A stretch of 64,000 nucleotides of DNA from NCBI GenBank assembly GCA_031405455.1, contig JANNIY010000058.1, forward strand, positions 13,517-77,516, written 5' to 3'. Under the pieces are notes generated by a model. That model saw only the letters and a program-made list of their open reading frames with translations. It was not told the origin of the DNA and ran no database searches. Source of the stretch: Deltaproteobacteria bacterium (GTDB lineage: Bacteria; Myxococcota_A; UBA9160; SMWR01). The number at the start of each line of letters is the position of its first letter. Positions within the stretch are counted from its first letter, which is position 1. Shown piece by piece: positions 29,619 to 38,674 of the stretch. The translations under genes were made by a program, and so were the position numbers.

Positions 29619-30688
29619 ACTCCCGGAAGGGGACGCCGCGCATCCTGGTGGTCGGAGACCACTGGGAGGGCTCGAACGTCACGTCGATGGCGAATGGCTG
29701 CTCGGAACTCGGAGCGGAAGTCCATTACTTCGACACCGGATTCGGAGCGCCGCGCCCGCCGCTTCTCGAAGAGCGGTTGGCGCGCCGGCTTTCGGGCCGA
29801 CGTCGCTCGCGTGCGATCGAGGCGCACCTCGTGGAGACGGCGCGCCGTCTCGAGCCCGACCTGACGCTCGTCTACAAATGCGAGTGGCTCGGCGCGGAGG
29901 CCCTGCGCGCCGCGCACACGGCCGGCCGCGGCCTGCTCGCGCACTTCTGGCCGGACATCCCGTTCTACGACGAGCCGAGCCCGCTCGCGGAAGCGCTGCG
30001 CGAGTTCGATCTGCTGCTCACGCCGAAGACGTTCCATCTGCCCCGTCTGCTCGCGCTGGCTGGCCCTGACGTCGTCTATCTGCCCTATGGCGCTGATCCG
30101 CGCGTCCACCGGCCGGTCGAGGTGCGCGAGCGGGACCGCGAACGCTACGGCGCCACGATCGGTTTCGTCGGCACCTGGCGCGACTACCGCGAGCGCGAGA
30201 TCGAGCCGCTCGCCCGACACGGCCTCATGATCCATGGGGGCTATTGGCTCGAGCGGTGCCGCTCTCCGCAGCTGCGGGCGCGGGTTCATGGCCCCGTCTT
30301 CGGCCTCGAGATGGCGCGCGTCTTCGCAGCGAGCACGCTCGCCTTGAATCTCTTCACCCGGCACGCCGGCGTTTCCGATCTGCACACGTCGCGAAGCTTC
30401 GAGGCCCCGGCCTGCGGCAGCGCCACGCTGATGCCGCGCAGCGAGGAGCATGCCGGTTTTTTTGCCGACGACGAGGTGGTGTATTACAGCGACACGGCGG
30501 CGCTCGACGCGACCGTGGAGGCCGCGCTCTCCGATCGCGAGGCGCTCGTGCCCACCGGGCGCCGGGGCGCTGAGCGGGTTGCCCAGCAACACCTCTATCG
30601 TCACCGGATGGCCGCGCTGCTCGACTACCTGGGACTCGAACGGGCTCCCGGCCCCGCGTGGCCGCCGCTCGCATCGTCGCGGCCTTGA
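29615..30688 (+). CDS. CgeB-family / GT1-like glycosyltransferase
   Basis: The C-terminal half (FVGTWRDYRER, LNLFTRH, TSRSFEAPACG, YY and A.ERV...H.Y..R) resembles the CgeB-type glycosyltransferase domain. GTGA overlap with manA. Confidence 0.65.
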   Translation: MNSRKGTPRILVVGDHWEGSNVTSMANGCSELGAEVHYFDTGFGAPRPPLLEERLARRLSGRRRSRAIEAHLVETARRLEPDLTLVYKCEWLGAEALRAAHTAGRGLLAHFWPDIPFYDEPSPLAEALREFDLLLTPKTFHLPRLLALAGPDVVYLPYGADPRVHRPVEVRERDRERYGATIGFVGTWRDYREREIEPLARHGLMIHGGYWLERCRSPQLRARVHGPVFGLEMARVFAASTLALNLFTRHAGVSDLHTSRSFEAPACGSATLMPRSEEHAGFFADDEVVYYSDTAALDATVEAALSDREALVPTGRRGAERVAQQHLYRHRMAALLDYLGLERAPGPAWPPLASSRP

Positions 30689-32001
30689 AGCCGTTCGATC
30701 GCATCCGGAGCCTCGGCGGCCGCCGCGTCGTCCGGGAAGGCGGCTGGGTCGCTTCGGGTCAGGCCGTCGCCGTGGTCGCGAGGGTCGCGGGCCTGCGCGT
30801 GATCACCGATCGCGTGAGCCCGGAAGTGTTCGGCGAGGTCGTGTTGTTGCTCGGGCTCGCGACGCTCGGCACCAACATGTTTTGCCTGCCCCTCTTGAGC
30901 GCGCTGGTGCGCTTCTTTCCCGACGCGGCGCGCGGTCGGCGGGTCGCCGAGCTGCGCCAGCTCCTGCGCCGCCTGCTGGCGCCGCGCACGCTCGCGGTGA
31001 CGACGCTGCTCGCACTGGGTGGCGCGCTCTACGCGCAACTGGGTGGCACCGAAACGAGCGCCTGGGCGTTCGTCAGTGTCGCGCTGTTGCTGGTTCTCGA
31101 CGTGATGCGCCTGTTCGAATCCACGTTTCTCAATGCGGCGCGTCGCCAGCGAACCTTCTCGCTCTGGTACGCGGCCGATGCCGCTTCCCGGCCGGCTGTG
31201 GCCGTGGCGGCGATCGTCGTGTTTGGCCCGACGAGCGTGAGCCTGCTGCTCGGCTACGCGCTCGCGGTCGCCGTCACGAACTTCGCCTTCCGGGGAGCGC
31301 GTGTGCGCGCCGGCAGCGACGAGGCCGAGGCTTCGCCGGAGTGGGTGGCGCAGACACGGTTGGCGATGTTCCGCTACGCGGGGCCGCTGATGCCGCTCGC
31401 AATGCTCGGCTGGATCATCTCGCTCAGCGATCGTTACGTTCTCGCGGGCCTCACGAGCCCCGAACAAACCGGCATCTACGCGGCGGCCTACGGGCTTGCG
31501 AGTGCGCCCTTCATCATGCTCGGCCAGTTTCTCTCCCTCACCCTGCGGCCGGTCTACTTCGATGCCGTCGTGCAAAACGATCGGCGTCGCGAGCGGCGCA
31601 CGCTGCTCGCGTGGATCGCGGCGCTGGCCGCGGCGCTGACGGCCGGCATGGGGCTGGTGATCGCTTTCGCCGGGCCGATCGTGCGGGTGGTGCTGGGCGA
31701 GGCGTACTGGAGCGCTGCGGACCTGCTGCCATGGATTGCCGCGGCCTACGGCATCCAGGCCGTGCAGCAGCTCTTCGAGCACGTCATCCAGGCGCTCCAC
31801 TCGACACGCCGGCTGCTCGTAGTGCATTCGCTGGGAGCCGTGGCGGCGGTGGGGCTGTTCTTCTTGTTGATCCCGCGCCACGGGGCGCGCGGTGCGGCGA
31901 TGGCCGTGGTGGGTTCGATGCTCACCTCGTGTATGGCGAGCATCCTGCTGTCGGGGGCGCTACCTCGACTGTTCGCTCGGGAGCCCCTGCATGTCGCCTA
32001 G
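30658..32001 (+). CDS. oligosaccharide flippase (Wzx / MOP superfamily)
   Basis: 447 aa with about 12 hydrophobic segments. The N-terminal pattern of polysaccharide biosynthesis proteins is present (GQAVAVVARVAGLRVITDRVSPEVFGEV). GTG start overlaps the preceding gene by 31 nt. Confidence 0.78.
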   Translation: MAAARIVAALKPFDRIRSLGGRRVVREGGWVASGQAVAVVARVAGLRVITDRVSPEVFGEVVLLLGLATLGTNMFCLPLLSALVRFFPDAARGRRVAELRQLLRRLLAPRTLAVTTLLALGGALYAQLGGTETSAWAFVSVALLLVLDVMRLFESTFLNAARRQRTFSLWYAADAASRPAVAVAAIVVFGPTSVSLLLGYALAVAVTNFAFRGARVRAGSDEAEASPEWVAQTRLAMFRYAGPLMPLAMLGWIISLSDRYVLAGLTSPEQTGIYAAAYGLASAPFIMLGQFLSLTLRPVYFDAVVQNDRRRERRTLLAWIAALAAALTAGMGLVIAFAGPIVRVVLGEAYWSAADLLPWIAAAYGIQAVQQLFEHVIQALHSTRRLLVVHSLGAVAAVGLFFLLIPRHGARGAAMAVVGSMLTSCMASILLSGALPRLFAREPLHVA

Positions 32002-32352
32002 CCAGACTGTCCTTGCGGCCTCGCAGCCGGACTGCCCGGTATGCGACGCAGGCAGGCCGCTCGCGCGCCCTTATTCCTTCGACGCCGGCTACCCGACGCA
32101 TGCGGCGTCTCGACCGTCTGGCCGAATGCGAGCAACGCATCGCGCCGGGCTCGCGTGGTGAGGAAGGGGCTCATGTCCCCCCCCGACGAACAGGATGCGC
32201 AGCGGCTGCACGGCGGGACCCTTCCTGGCAGCGCTCCCGAAGCGGTCGAAGGCTGGATCCCACCGCGGGCGAAGCGCGGCCGATTCTCGCCAATCCATTG
32301 CGAGTCGGCCATATTCTGCCCGCCCCCCCCGCCGAGCCGGATCTTGGAGTCG

Positions 32353-34140
32353 ATGCCTCGCCTGCACTCTCTGACGGCGCGCAGCCGCTTCCACGTGCTG
32401 CGGGACGCGGCCCTCGTGACATGGCTCGGGAGCGGCGTCGTCGCCGCGGCGCTGGCGCTCTGGATTTCGCGCGCGAATGACTGGCCGACCGGCGGCGACA
32501 CGCTCCTGCTCGCTGGCGACCTGGTGCTCGTGTACGCGGCACTCTACGGCGTCGTCCTCGGCAGCGTTGCCGTGCTCTCCCTCGCGCTCGGCAAGCGCCC
32601 CGGGCTGCGGCTCTTCGTTGCGGCGTTCGTTGCCTTCACGGTCTTGCTGAACGGGATCGCGCGATTCATCACCGCGGTCCAGTTCGTTTCGGTGACGCCG
32701 CACATGACGGCGATCGGCCTGCTCGATCTTCCCGTGATTCTCCTGGCCAGCGCCGCCGTGGGGCTCGGCTGCGCCAGCCCGAGGCGGAAGACCGCCAGCC
32801 TGGGCGTCAGCGTGAGCGCCGCGTTGCTGCTGGCGCTCACGGCTGTGCATGCCTGGCACGAGAAGCCGCTCGTGCGCGATCTCGCGGCGTGGCTTCCACC
32901 CATTCTCGCGACGACGCAACCGCCAGCGCCGGCACCGGTGTCCGAGCGCTTCGAGGGGATGCGCGGGGTGGTGCTCGGCCTCGACGGGATCTCCTGGGAG
33001 ATCGTGGTGCCAATGCTGGCCCGCGGTGAACTGCCGCACCTGCGCGCCCTGCTCGACGGCGCCGCCTACGGATATCTCGACACGCTGTCGTTTGCGATCT
33101 CGCCGGTCGTGTGGGAGACGATTTCGACCGGCCAACCGCCGGAGCGTCATGGCATCGGCTATCACGCGCACTTCGAGTTTCCGGGTGTGAGCCGCGCGGT
33201 GCGGTTCCTGCCGAGGTATCCGCTCAGCAATAGCGTGATGTTCGCGCGGCGGTTGACGTCGCTGGCGTCGCGCCTGGGATTCGTGCGTCAGCGGCCTGCC
33301 GGCACGACGGATGCCCGCGCCGCGCGCCTCTGGGAGGTGGCCTCCCGCGCTGGAATCCGCGTGGGTGTCTACGATTGGTTGAATACGTCGCCCGTCTCGC
33401 CCGTCCGCGGATTCGTGCATGGCTATGGTCCCGTGCAGCCGCAGACGTTTCCGCTGGATCAGGAGCAGGGCCTGGCGCCGCTTCCCGAGAACCCGGACGG
33501 CATCGAGGCGGGGCTCGCCTGGGTGCTGGCGAAGGAGCCGTACGAGCGCGCGAGCTTCGAGCGCTGCCTCGGGCTGGCATTGCGCGAACGGCCCGAGCTG
33601 CTGCTCTTCTATACACACTTTCCAGACGCCGTGAACCACTTGAACTGGAAACAGGAGACCCATGGCGAGGCCTTCTTCATCAGCGGGCGGTCACACCCTG
33701 CTGTCGATCCGGGGCCTGCCGTGAGCGAAGTGATGCGCTTCCTGGATCGCATGATCGGCGACGTGCGTGCGCGCTTGCCCGCGGATGCGTGGCTCGCGAT
33801 CGTCTCGGACCACGGTTTCGATTTCCGCGGCTACGAGCACGACAACTCGCCGCCCGGTGTGATCATCCTCCGCGGCCCCGGCATCGCTCCGGGGCCGCTG
33901 GTCGGCGCCAGCGTCTTCGATGTGGCCCCGACCCTGCTCCACTGGCTCGGCCTTCCGATCGCGGACGACATGCCGGGGGGCGTACTGGCCGTGGCCGAGC
34001 CGGGGGGGCCGCTGGATCGGGTCCCCCTCCGCGTCGCCACGCATGGCCCCGCCACGCCGCCGCTGGGCAGCGGGAAGTCGGGAGCGGAGGCCCTGCGCCG
34101 ACACGAGGAATACCTGCGCTCGCTGGGCTACGTGAACTGA
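32353..34140 (+). CDS. polytopic membrane protein with alkaline-phosphatase-superfamily (type I phosphodiesterase/nucleotide pyrophosphatase) domain
   Basis: About 5 N-terminal TM segments, then VLGLDGISWE, LDTLSFAISPVVWETISTG and AIVSDHGF, which are metal-ligand blocks of the AP superfamily. Start is uncertain: ATG 32353, or 32173. Confidence 0.72.
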   Translation: MPRLHSLTARSRFHVLRDAALVTWLGSGVVAAALALWISRANDWPTGGDTLLLAGDLVLVYAALYGVVLGSVAVLSLALGKRPGLRLFVAAFVAFTVLLNGIARFITAVQFVSVTPHMTAIGLLDLPVILLASAAVGLGCASPRRKTASLGVSVSAALLLALTAVHAWHEKPLVRDLAAWLPPILATTQPPAPAPVSERFEGMRGVVLGLDGISWEIVVPMLARGELPHLRALLDGAAYGYLDTLSFAISPVVWETISTGQPPERHGIGYHAHFEFPGVSRAVRFLPRYPLSNSVMFARRLTSLASRLGFVRQRPAGTTDARAARLWEVASRAGIRVGVYDWLNTSPVSPVRGFVHGYGPVQPQTFPLDQEQGLAPLPENPDGIEAGLAWVLAKEPYERASFERCLGLALRERPELLLFYTHFPDAVNHLNWKQETHGEAFFISGRSHPAVDPGPAVSEVMRFLDRMIGDVRARLPADAWLAIVSDHGFDFRGYEHDNSPPGVIILRGPGIAPGPLVGASVFDVAPTLLHWLGLPIADDMPGGVLAVAEPGGPLDRVPLRVATHGPATPPLGSGKSGAEALRRHEEYLRSLGYVN

Positions 34141-34190
34141 GACGCGCCAGATCGCGCGCTCTGCGCGGGCGCTTCAGCCAGCCCTGCGGT

Positions 34191-35306
34191 TCAAGCGAGA
34201 TCGAGGGCGGCAAGAAGATCACGGCGGAAGCGCTCATACCCGAACTGTTCTCGCGCACGGCGGCGCCCAGCTTCGCCTTGCGCGCGGGCGTGCTCCGGAT
34301 CCGACAACAGGGCCGCCACGGCTTCGCCGGTCGCCTGCGGGTCCGCGTAGGGGACGAGGCGCCCGGTTTCGCCGTCCACGATCACCTGGCCAGAGGCATC
34401 GAGCGTCGACCCGATGCAGGGCAGGCCGTGCCACATGGCCTCGGCGTAGACGAGCCCGAAGCCTTCCTGGCGGCTCGGCATCGCGAAAACCGACGCCCGC
34501 TGATACAGGGATCCGAGCTCGCTGTCGGAGACGCGCCCGCGAAAGCGCACGGAGCCTGCGATCGCGCGCTCGCGCGTGAGGGCCTCGAGTCGCGGTACAT
34601 CGTCCCCTTCGCCGACGATCCACAGCTGTGCGTCGGGAACGCGGCGGAGCACCGCTGGCCACGCCTCGATCAGCGCATCGTGCCCCTTGCCGCGTTCCTC
34701 CGACCAGATGCGGCCGACGATCAGCGCGGCGGGCTCGCGGGCTGGCGCGGCGCCGGTCTGCGCCGTCTCCCAGCGGCGGACGCGCTCGGGATCGAGACAC
34801 AGCGGCACGACACGCACGCGGTCGGCGCGCTCCGGCAGGGCGTTGCGCAGCGCGGCGGCCGTGAACTCGGAGTTGGCGAGCAGCCGATGCGCCTCGCGCA
34901 GTGCGCGCGCGCGGGCGCCATCCGCCGCCGTGGCGAGTTCGATGCCGTGGACGAAGATCGCAAAGCGCGGCGGCGGAAAGCCGGGCAGGGGGAGCAATAC
35001 CGAACGGGCGAGACCCACCAGATCGAAGCAGACGAGCGCGTGGCGGTGGCGTCGGTAGCTGCGCCAGGTCTGCCACACGAAGCGCGGCTGGCTGCCCCGC
35101 GCGAGCTGTTGTTCGCCGCGCACGGGAGGCGGGGAGGCGTCTTCCGGCCGCTCGAGCAGGAGCACGCGATCGACCCGCTCGAGCCGGCCCGCAAGCGTCT
35201 CCTCATCGAGGGCGCGCGCGATGCAGCGGCTGACGCCGGCGATGCCGCCGTCGATCCGCAGCCCGGTGAGGCCGAGCAGGACCGAACCTACACTCGATCG
35301 AGTCAT
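34191..35306 (-). CDS. glycosyltransferase family 4
   Basis: GT-B C-terminal core with EGFGLVYAEAMWHGLPCIGS (E-x7-E region) and GRLVPY. Confidence 0.85.
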   Translation of the reverse strand: MTRSSVGSVLLGLTGLRIDGGIAGVSRCIARALDEETLAGRLERVDRVLLLERPEDASPPPVRGEQQLARGSQPRFVWQTWRSYRRHRHALVCFDLVGLARSVLLPLPGFPPPRFAIFVHGIELATAADGARARALREAHRLLANSEFTAAALRNALPERADRVRVVPLCLDPERVRRWETAQTGAAPAREPAALIVGRIWSEERGKGHDALIEAWPAVLRRVPDAQLWIVGEGDDVPRLEALTRERAIAGSVRFRGRVSDSELGSLYQRASVFAMPSRQEGFGLVYAEAMWHGLPCIGSTLDASGQVIVDGETGRLVPYADPQATGEAVAALLSDPEHARAQGEAGRRRAREQFGYERFRRDLLAALDLA

Positions 35307-35390
35307 TGCGGGCGCAGTATAGCCCAGGCGAGGAGCGCTCCCGCTGCGTTCGTCGACTTCGCGGGAAGGGGCGAGCTATGCTGCGCGCCC

Positions 35391-37244
35391 ATGTGCGGGA
35401 TCGCGGGCATCGTCGCGTACCGTGACGGTGCGCCCGTCGCGAAAGCCGACGTCGAGTCGTTGCGCGATGAGCAACGCCATCGCGGCCCGGACGACGCGGG
35501 CCTGTGGACGTCGCCCGATGGCCGCGTGGGATTCGGTCACCGACGCCTCGCGATCGTCGATCTCTCTCCCCTCGGCCATCAGCCGATGCTCACGCCGGAC
35601 GGCCGCTTCGTCATCACCTTCAACGGCGAGATCTACAACTTTCGAGCGCTGCGCAGCGAGCTGGAAGCGGCCGGGCGCCGCTTTCGCACGCAAAGCGATA
35701 CCGAGGTGCTGCTCGAAGGCTACGCCGAGTGGGGCCTCGCGCTGTTCGACCGCTTGCGCGGCATGTACGCCTTTGCGCTGTACGACGGCCAGCGCCGCGA
35801 AACGCTGCTCGTGCGCGATCCCATGGGCATCAAGCCGCTCTACGTCGCAGACGACGGGCGCCGGGTCGCATTCGCGTCCGAGATCCAGGCGCTGCGGCGG
35901 GTGGTGGGGGATGGGGGGCTGGATCCGGAGGGCCTCGCCAGCTTTTTGTCGTGGGGCGCGATCGTGCCGCCGCGCACGCTCTACCGCGGGATCCGCGCGC
36001 TGCCGCCTGCTGCGTGGCTGCGGATTCGCGACGGCGGCGTCGAAGGGCCCGTCGCGTACTGGCGCCTCGCGGACGAGCTCGGCCGGGCCGCGCCTGCCTC
36101 GGCAGACGAGGCCGCCGAGGCGTTGCGCGCGGCGCTGCTGGATTCGGTCCGACATCACATGGTGTCGGATGTGCCGGTGGGCGCCTTTCTCTCGGGTGGG
36201 GTCGATTCCTCGGCGCTCGTGGGGCTGATGTCCGAAGTGCTGTCTGCTCCCGTGCGCAGCGTGACGCTCTCCCTCGATGTGGCCGAGCTCGACGAATCGC
36301 GCCTCGCGCGCGCGGCCGCCGATCTCTATTGCACCGATCACCACGACGTTCCGATCCGGATCGAGGCCGTGCGCGAGCGCATCGCCGACGCGGTGCGGGC
36401 CCTCGATCAACCCTCGATCGACGGCATCAATACCTTTTTCGTCTCCGAAGCCGCGGCGAAGACCGGCCTCAAGGTGGCCGTCTCGGGCGTCGGCGGGGAC
36501 GAGCTCTTCGGCGGCTATCTCAGCTTCGAGCGCGTGCCGCGTATCCGGCGCCTGCATGCGGGGATCGCGCGCTGGCCGGGCGGCGGGGCATTCACCCAGG
36601 GGGCCGGGCGTGCGCTCGCGCAGCGGCCGTTCGGGCGCACGGGGGCGAAGCTCGCGCGGGCTCTCCGATTTGGCGGCGACGACACCGGCGCCTATTTCGC
36701 GGAGCGGGGGTTGTTCGCGCCTCACGAAGCGCGCGCACTGCTCGCGCCGGAGATTGCGGACGCGGTCGGCGCCTGCGATCCGCTTGCCGAGTTGCGCGCT
36801 CGCATCGGCGCGGAGCAGCTCCCCGAGGACGAGCGCGTGAGCGCCCTCGAGTTCGGTCAGTATCTGCAGGTCCAGCTCCTGCGCGACACCGATGCCATGG
36901 CGATGCGCCATTCTCTCGAGGTGCGCACGCCGCTCGTCGATCGCGACCTCTGGCGCGCGGCGGCGCGCATTCCGGCGAGCCTGCGGCGGGCGGGGCCGGC
37001 GAAACGTGCGTTGCGCGATGCGCCGCGGCCTCCGGTTCCGGCGGCCCTCTGGCAACGCCGCAAGCAGGGCTTCACGCTGCCCTTCGAGCGCTGGCTGCGG
37101 ACGGGCGGCATCGCACTGACGCTTCCGGAGCACCCGTGGCTACGGGGAGCAGGCGTCCGACGCCTGGCTGAGGATTTCCAGGCCGGCCGCGTCCACTGGT
37201 CACGGGTTTGGGCGCTGCTCGTGTTGCGCGAATTCCTGGTGTGA
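35391..37244 (+). CDS. asnB: asparagine synthase (glutamine-hydrolysing), EPS-locus amidotransferase type
   Basis: MCGIAG Ntn nucleophile, RGPD, FNGEIYN, and the PP-loop SGGVDSS in the synthetase domain. Start ATG 35391 lies inside track ORF 33375..37244. Confidence 0.93.
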   Translation: MCGIAGIVAYRDGAPVAKADVESLRDEQRHRGPDDAGLWTSPDGRVGFGHRRLAIVDLSPLGHQPMLTPDGRFVITFNGEIYNFRALRSELEAAGRRFRTQSDTEVLLEGYAEWGLALFDRLRGMYAFALYDGQRRETLLVRDPMGIKPLYVADDGRRVAFASEIQALRRVVGDGGLDPEGLASFLSWGAIVPPRTLYRGIRALPPAAWLRIRDGGVEGPVAYWRLADELGRAAPASADEAAEALRAALLDSVRHHMVSDVPVGAFLSGGVDSSALVGLMSEVLSAPVRSVTLSLDVAELDESRLARAAADLYCTDHHDVPIRIEAVRERIADAVRALDQPSIDGINTFFVSEAAAKTGLKVAVSGVGGDELFGGYLSFERVPRIRRLHAGIARWPGGGAFTQGAGRALAQRPFGRTGAKLARALRFGGDDTGAYFAERGLFAPHEARALLAPEIADAVGACDPLAELRARIGAEQLPEDERVSALEFGQYLQVQLLRDTDAMAMRHSLEVRTPLVDRDLWRAAARIPASLRRAGPAKRALRDAPRPPVPAALWQRRKQGFTLPFERWLRTGGIALTLPEHPWLRGAGVRRLAEDFQAGRVHWSRVWALLVLREFLV

Positions 37245-37263
37245 TCGGGTAGATTGACGCGCC

Positions 37264-37596
37264 ATGGCGTTCCGCGAAGACCTCTACGCGAGTTACACAC
37301 TGCATCCGAGCCACGCCACGACGGCGGACACGGCCGTCTATGATCGTGTCTACGCGCGCTATCTGCGCGGCTGGCTGCCGAGCGATCCGGCGGCCCCCGT
37401 CGCGGATCTCGGGTGCGGCGATGGCAAGCTGCTGGCATTTCTCACGGGCGCTGGATTTTGGGTGTGGAGCATGCTGGAGATCGGTTCGCCGGGCTCTGGC
37501 ATCTACACGCGTGTGATGCTGGCGCGGGCGGTGCGGGGTGGCGCATCCCAGGCGGTCGCGGTGCCGATCGAGACGACGACGCGCGCCGCGACATGA
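37264..37596 (+). pseudogene. truncated class I SAM-dependent methyltransferase (N-terminal remnant)
   Basis: The N-terminal leader and motif I (VADLGCGDGKLLAFL) are intact. After about residue 65 the sequence loses all methyltransferase character and stops at 110 aa, overlapping the FkbM gene start. Confidence 0.45.
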
Positions 37597-38522
37597 GCAC
37601 GTTCTCCGCGACACGCTTGCCCCTGCCCTTGCGTCTCGCCCTGCGCGTGCGGGCATTCCCCGAGTTTCGTGGCCGCGATCGGGTGCTGGCCGCGCTGCTT
37701 CGCTCGGGAACACGATTGGACGCCAATCTGGCTGCAACCTTCGGGGGTGGGCTGCGCTTCGAAGGCAATCCCGCCGTCGATGCCAACGTGCTCGAGATGC
37801 TGCTGCTGCGCTACGCGAAGCCGGCTCTGGCTCCGGTGCTCGACGCGGCGCTGACGGCGGGCGCCATCTTCGCGGACGTCGGCGCCAATCTCGGTCTCTA
37901 CACACTCTGGGCGGCGCGGATCGTCGGTGCAACGGGGTGCGTGCACGCCTTCGAGCCCGTTCCCGACGTGCGGACCTGTCTCGCACGCAACGTCGCCTTG
38001 AACGACCTCGCCAATGTGCGAATCGTGGCCGCCGGAGTCGGCGCACAACCTGGCCGCACCGTGCTCTACCGGCTTCCCAGTGCCTCCGGCGTGACCTCTC
38101 GCTACCGAGAGGACAAGCAACACGCGGTCGAAGTCGACGTGACGACTCTCGACGCCGAGTTCGGGGATGGCGCGGCCCCGCCGGTTCTCGTGAAGGTCGA
38201 CGTCGAGGGGATGGAGGTGGAGGTGTTGCGCGGTGCGCTGCGGCTGCTCGGCGGCCGCACCCCTCCGCTGCTCGTGCTCGAGGCGAACGCTCCGTGCCTT
38301 GCCGCCGCGGGTACGAGTTACGGCGAGCTGCGCTCGTTGCTCGCTGCGGCCGGCGGCTACGAGCTGTGGGCCCTGACGCCCGGCGGACTGCGCCTCGAGC
38401 CGCCGGCTGCCTCGGCGCCGGGGTCGTTGAACGTGCTGGCTGCGCGGCGCGATCTCCCCGCGCACGCCCGTGTGCTGGAGCGGCTGGCCTGCGTCCGCTT
38501 CGCGCGCAACATGAGCGCTTAG
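37593..38522 (+). CDS. FkbM family methyltransferase
   Basis: FADVGANLGLYTLWAA, VHAFEPVP, and VLVKVDVEGMEVEVLRGA, which contains the K.D.EG.E motif typical of FkbM. Confidence 0.85.
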   Translation: MSTFSATRLPLPLRLALRVRAFPEFRGRDRVLAALLRSGTRLDANLAATFGGGLRFEGNPAVDANVLEMLLLRYAKPALAPVLDAALTAGAIFADVGANLGLYTLWAARIVGATGCVHAFEPVPDVRTCLARNVALNDLANVRIVAAGVGAQPGRTVLYRLPSASGVTSRYREDKQHAVEVDVTTLDAEFGDGAAPPVLVKVDVEGMEVEVLRGALRLLGGRTPPLLVLEANAPCLAAAGTSYGELRSLLAAAGGYELWALTPGGLRLEPPAASAPGSLNVLAARRDLPAHARVLERLACVRFARNMSA

Positions 38523-38674
38523 TTCTGGAACTTCGCTCGCCTGCGGCTCGCTGCGCGCTTCGCTTGCGGCGTGCGCCGCCACTCGGCCGACTCGCGGGCA
38601 GGCCCGGGCCGCAGGCATCCCGCAGTGTTTCACGCGCGCGCTGTCGCGATCCCGTGCGCTAGCCTTTTGCGCCC

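Noticed and set aside
35332-35341. A 10-bp perfect palindrome, GGAGCGCTCC, in the divergent GT4/asnB promoter gap.
   Set aside because: It is a single short GC-rich palindrome with no second copy that I could find. Such a match is expected by chance in this composition.
38526-38541. TGGAACTTCGCTCGCC with GG-N10-GC spacing, upstream of the membrane protein gene at 38675.
   Set aside because: Only the dinucleotides and spacing fit. TGGAAC and TCGCC are weak matches, and GG-N10-GC occurs by chance very often at this G+C. It also overlaps the repeat-like element, so it is kept only as a remote possibility.
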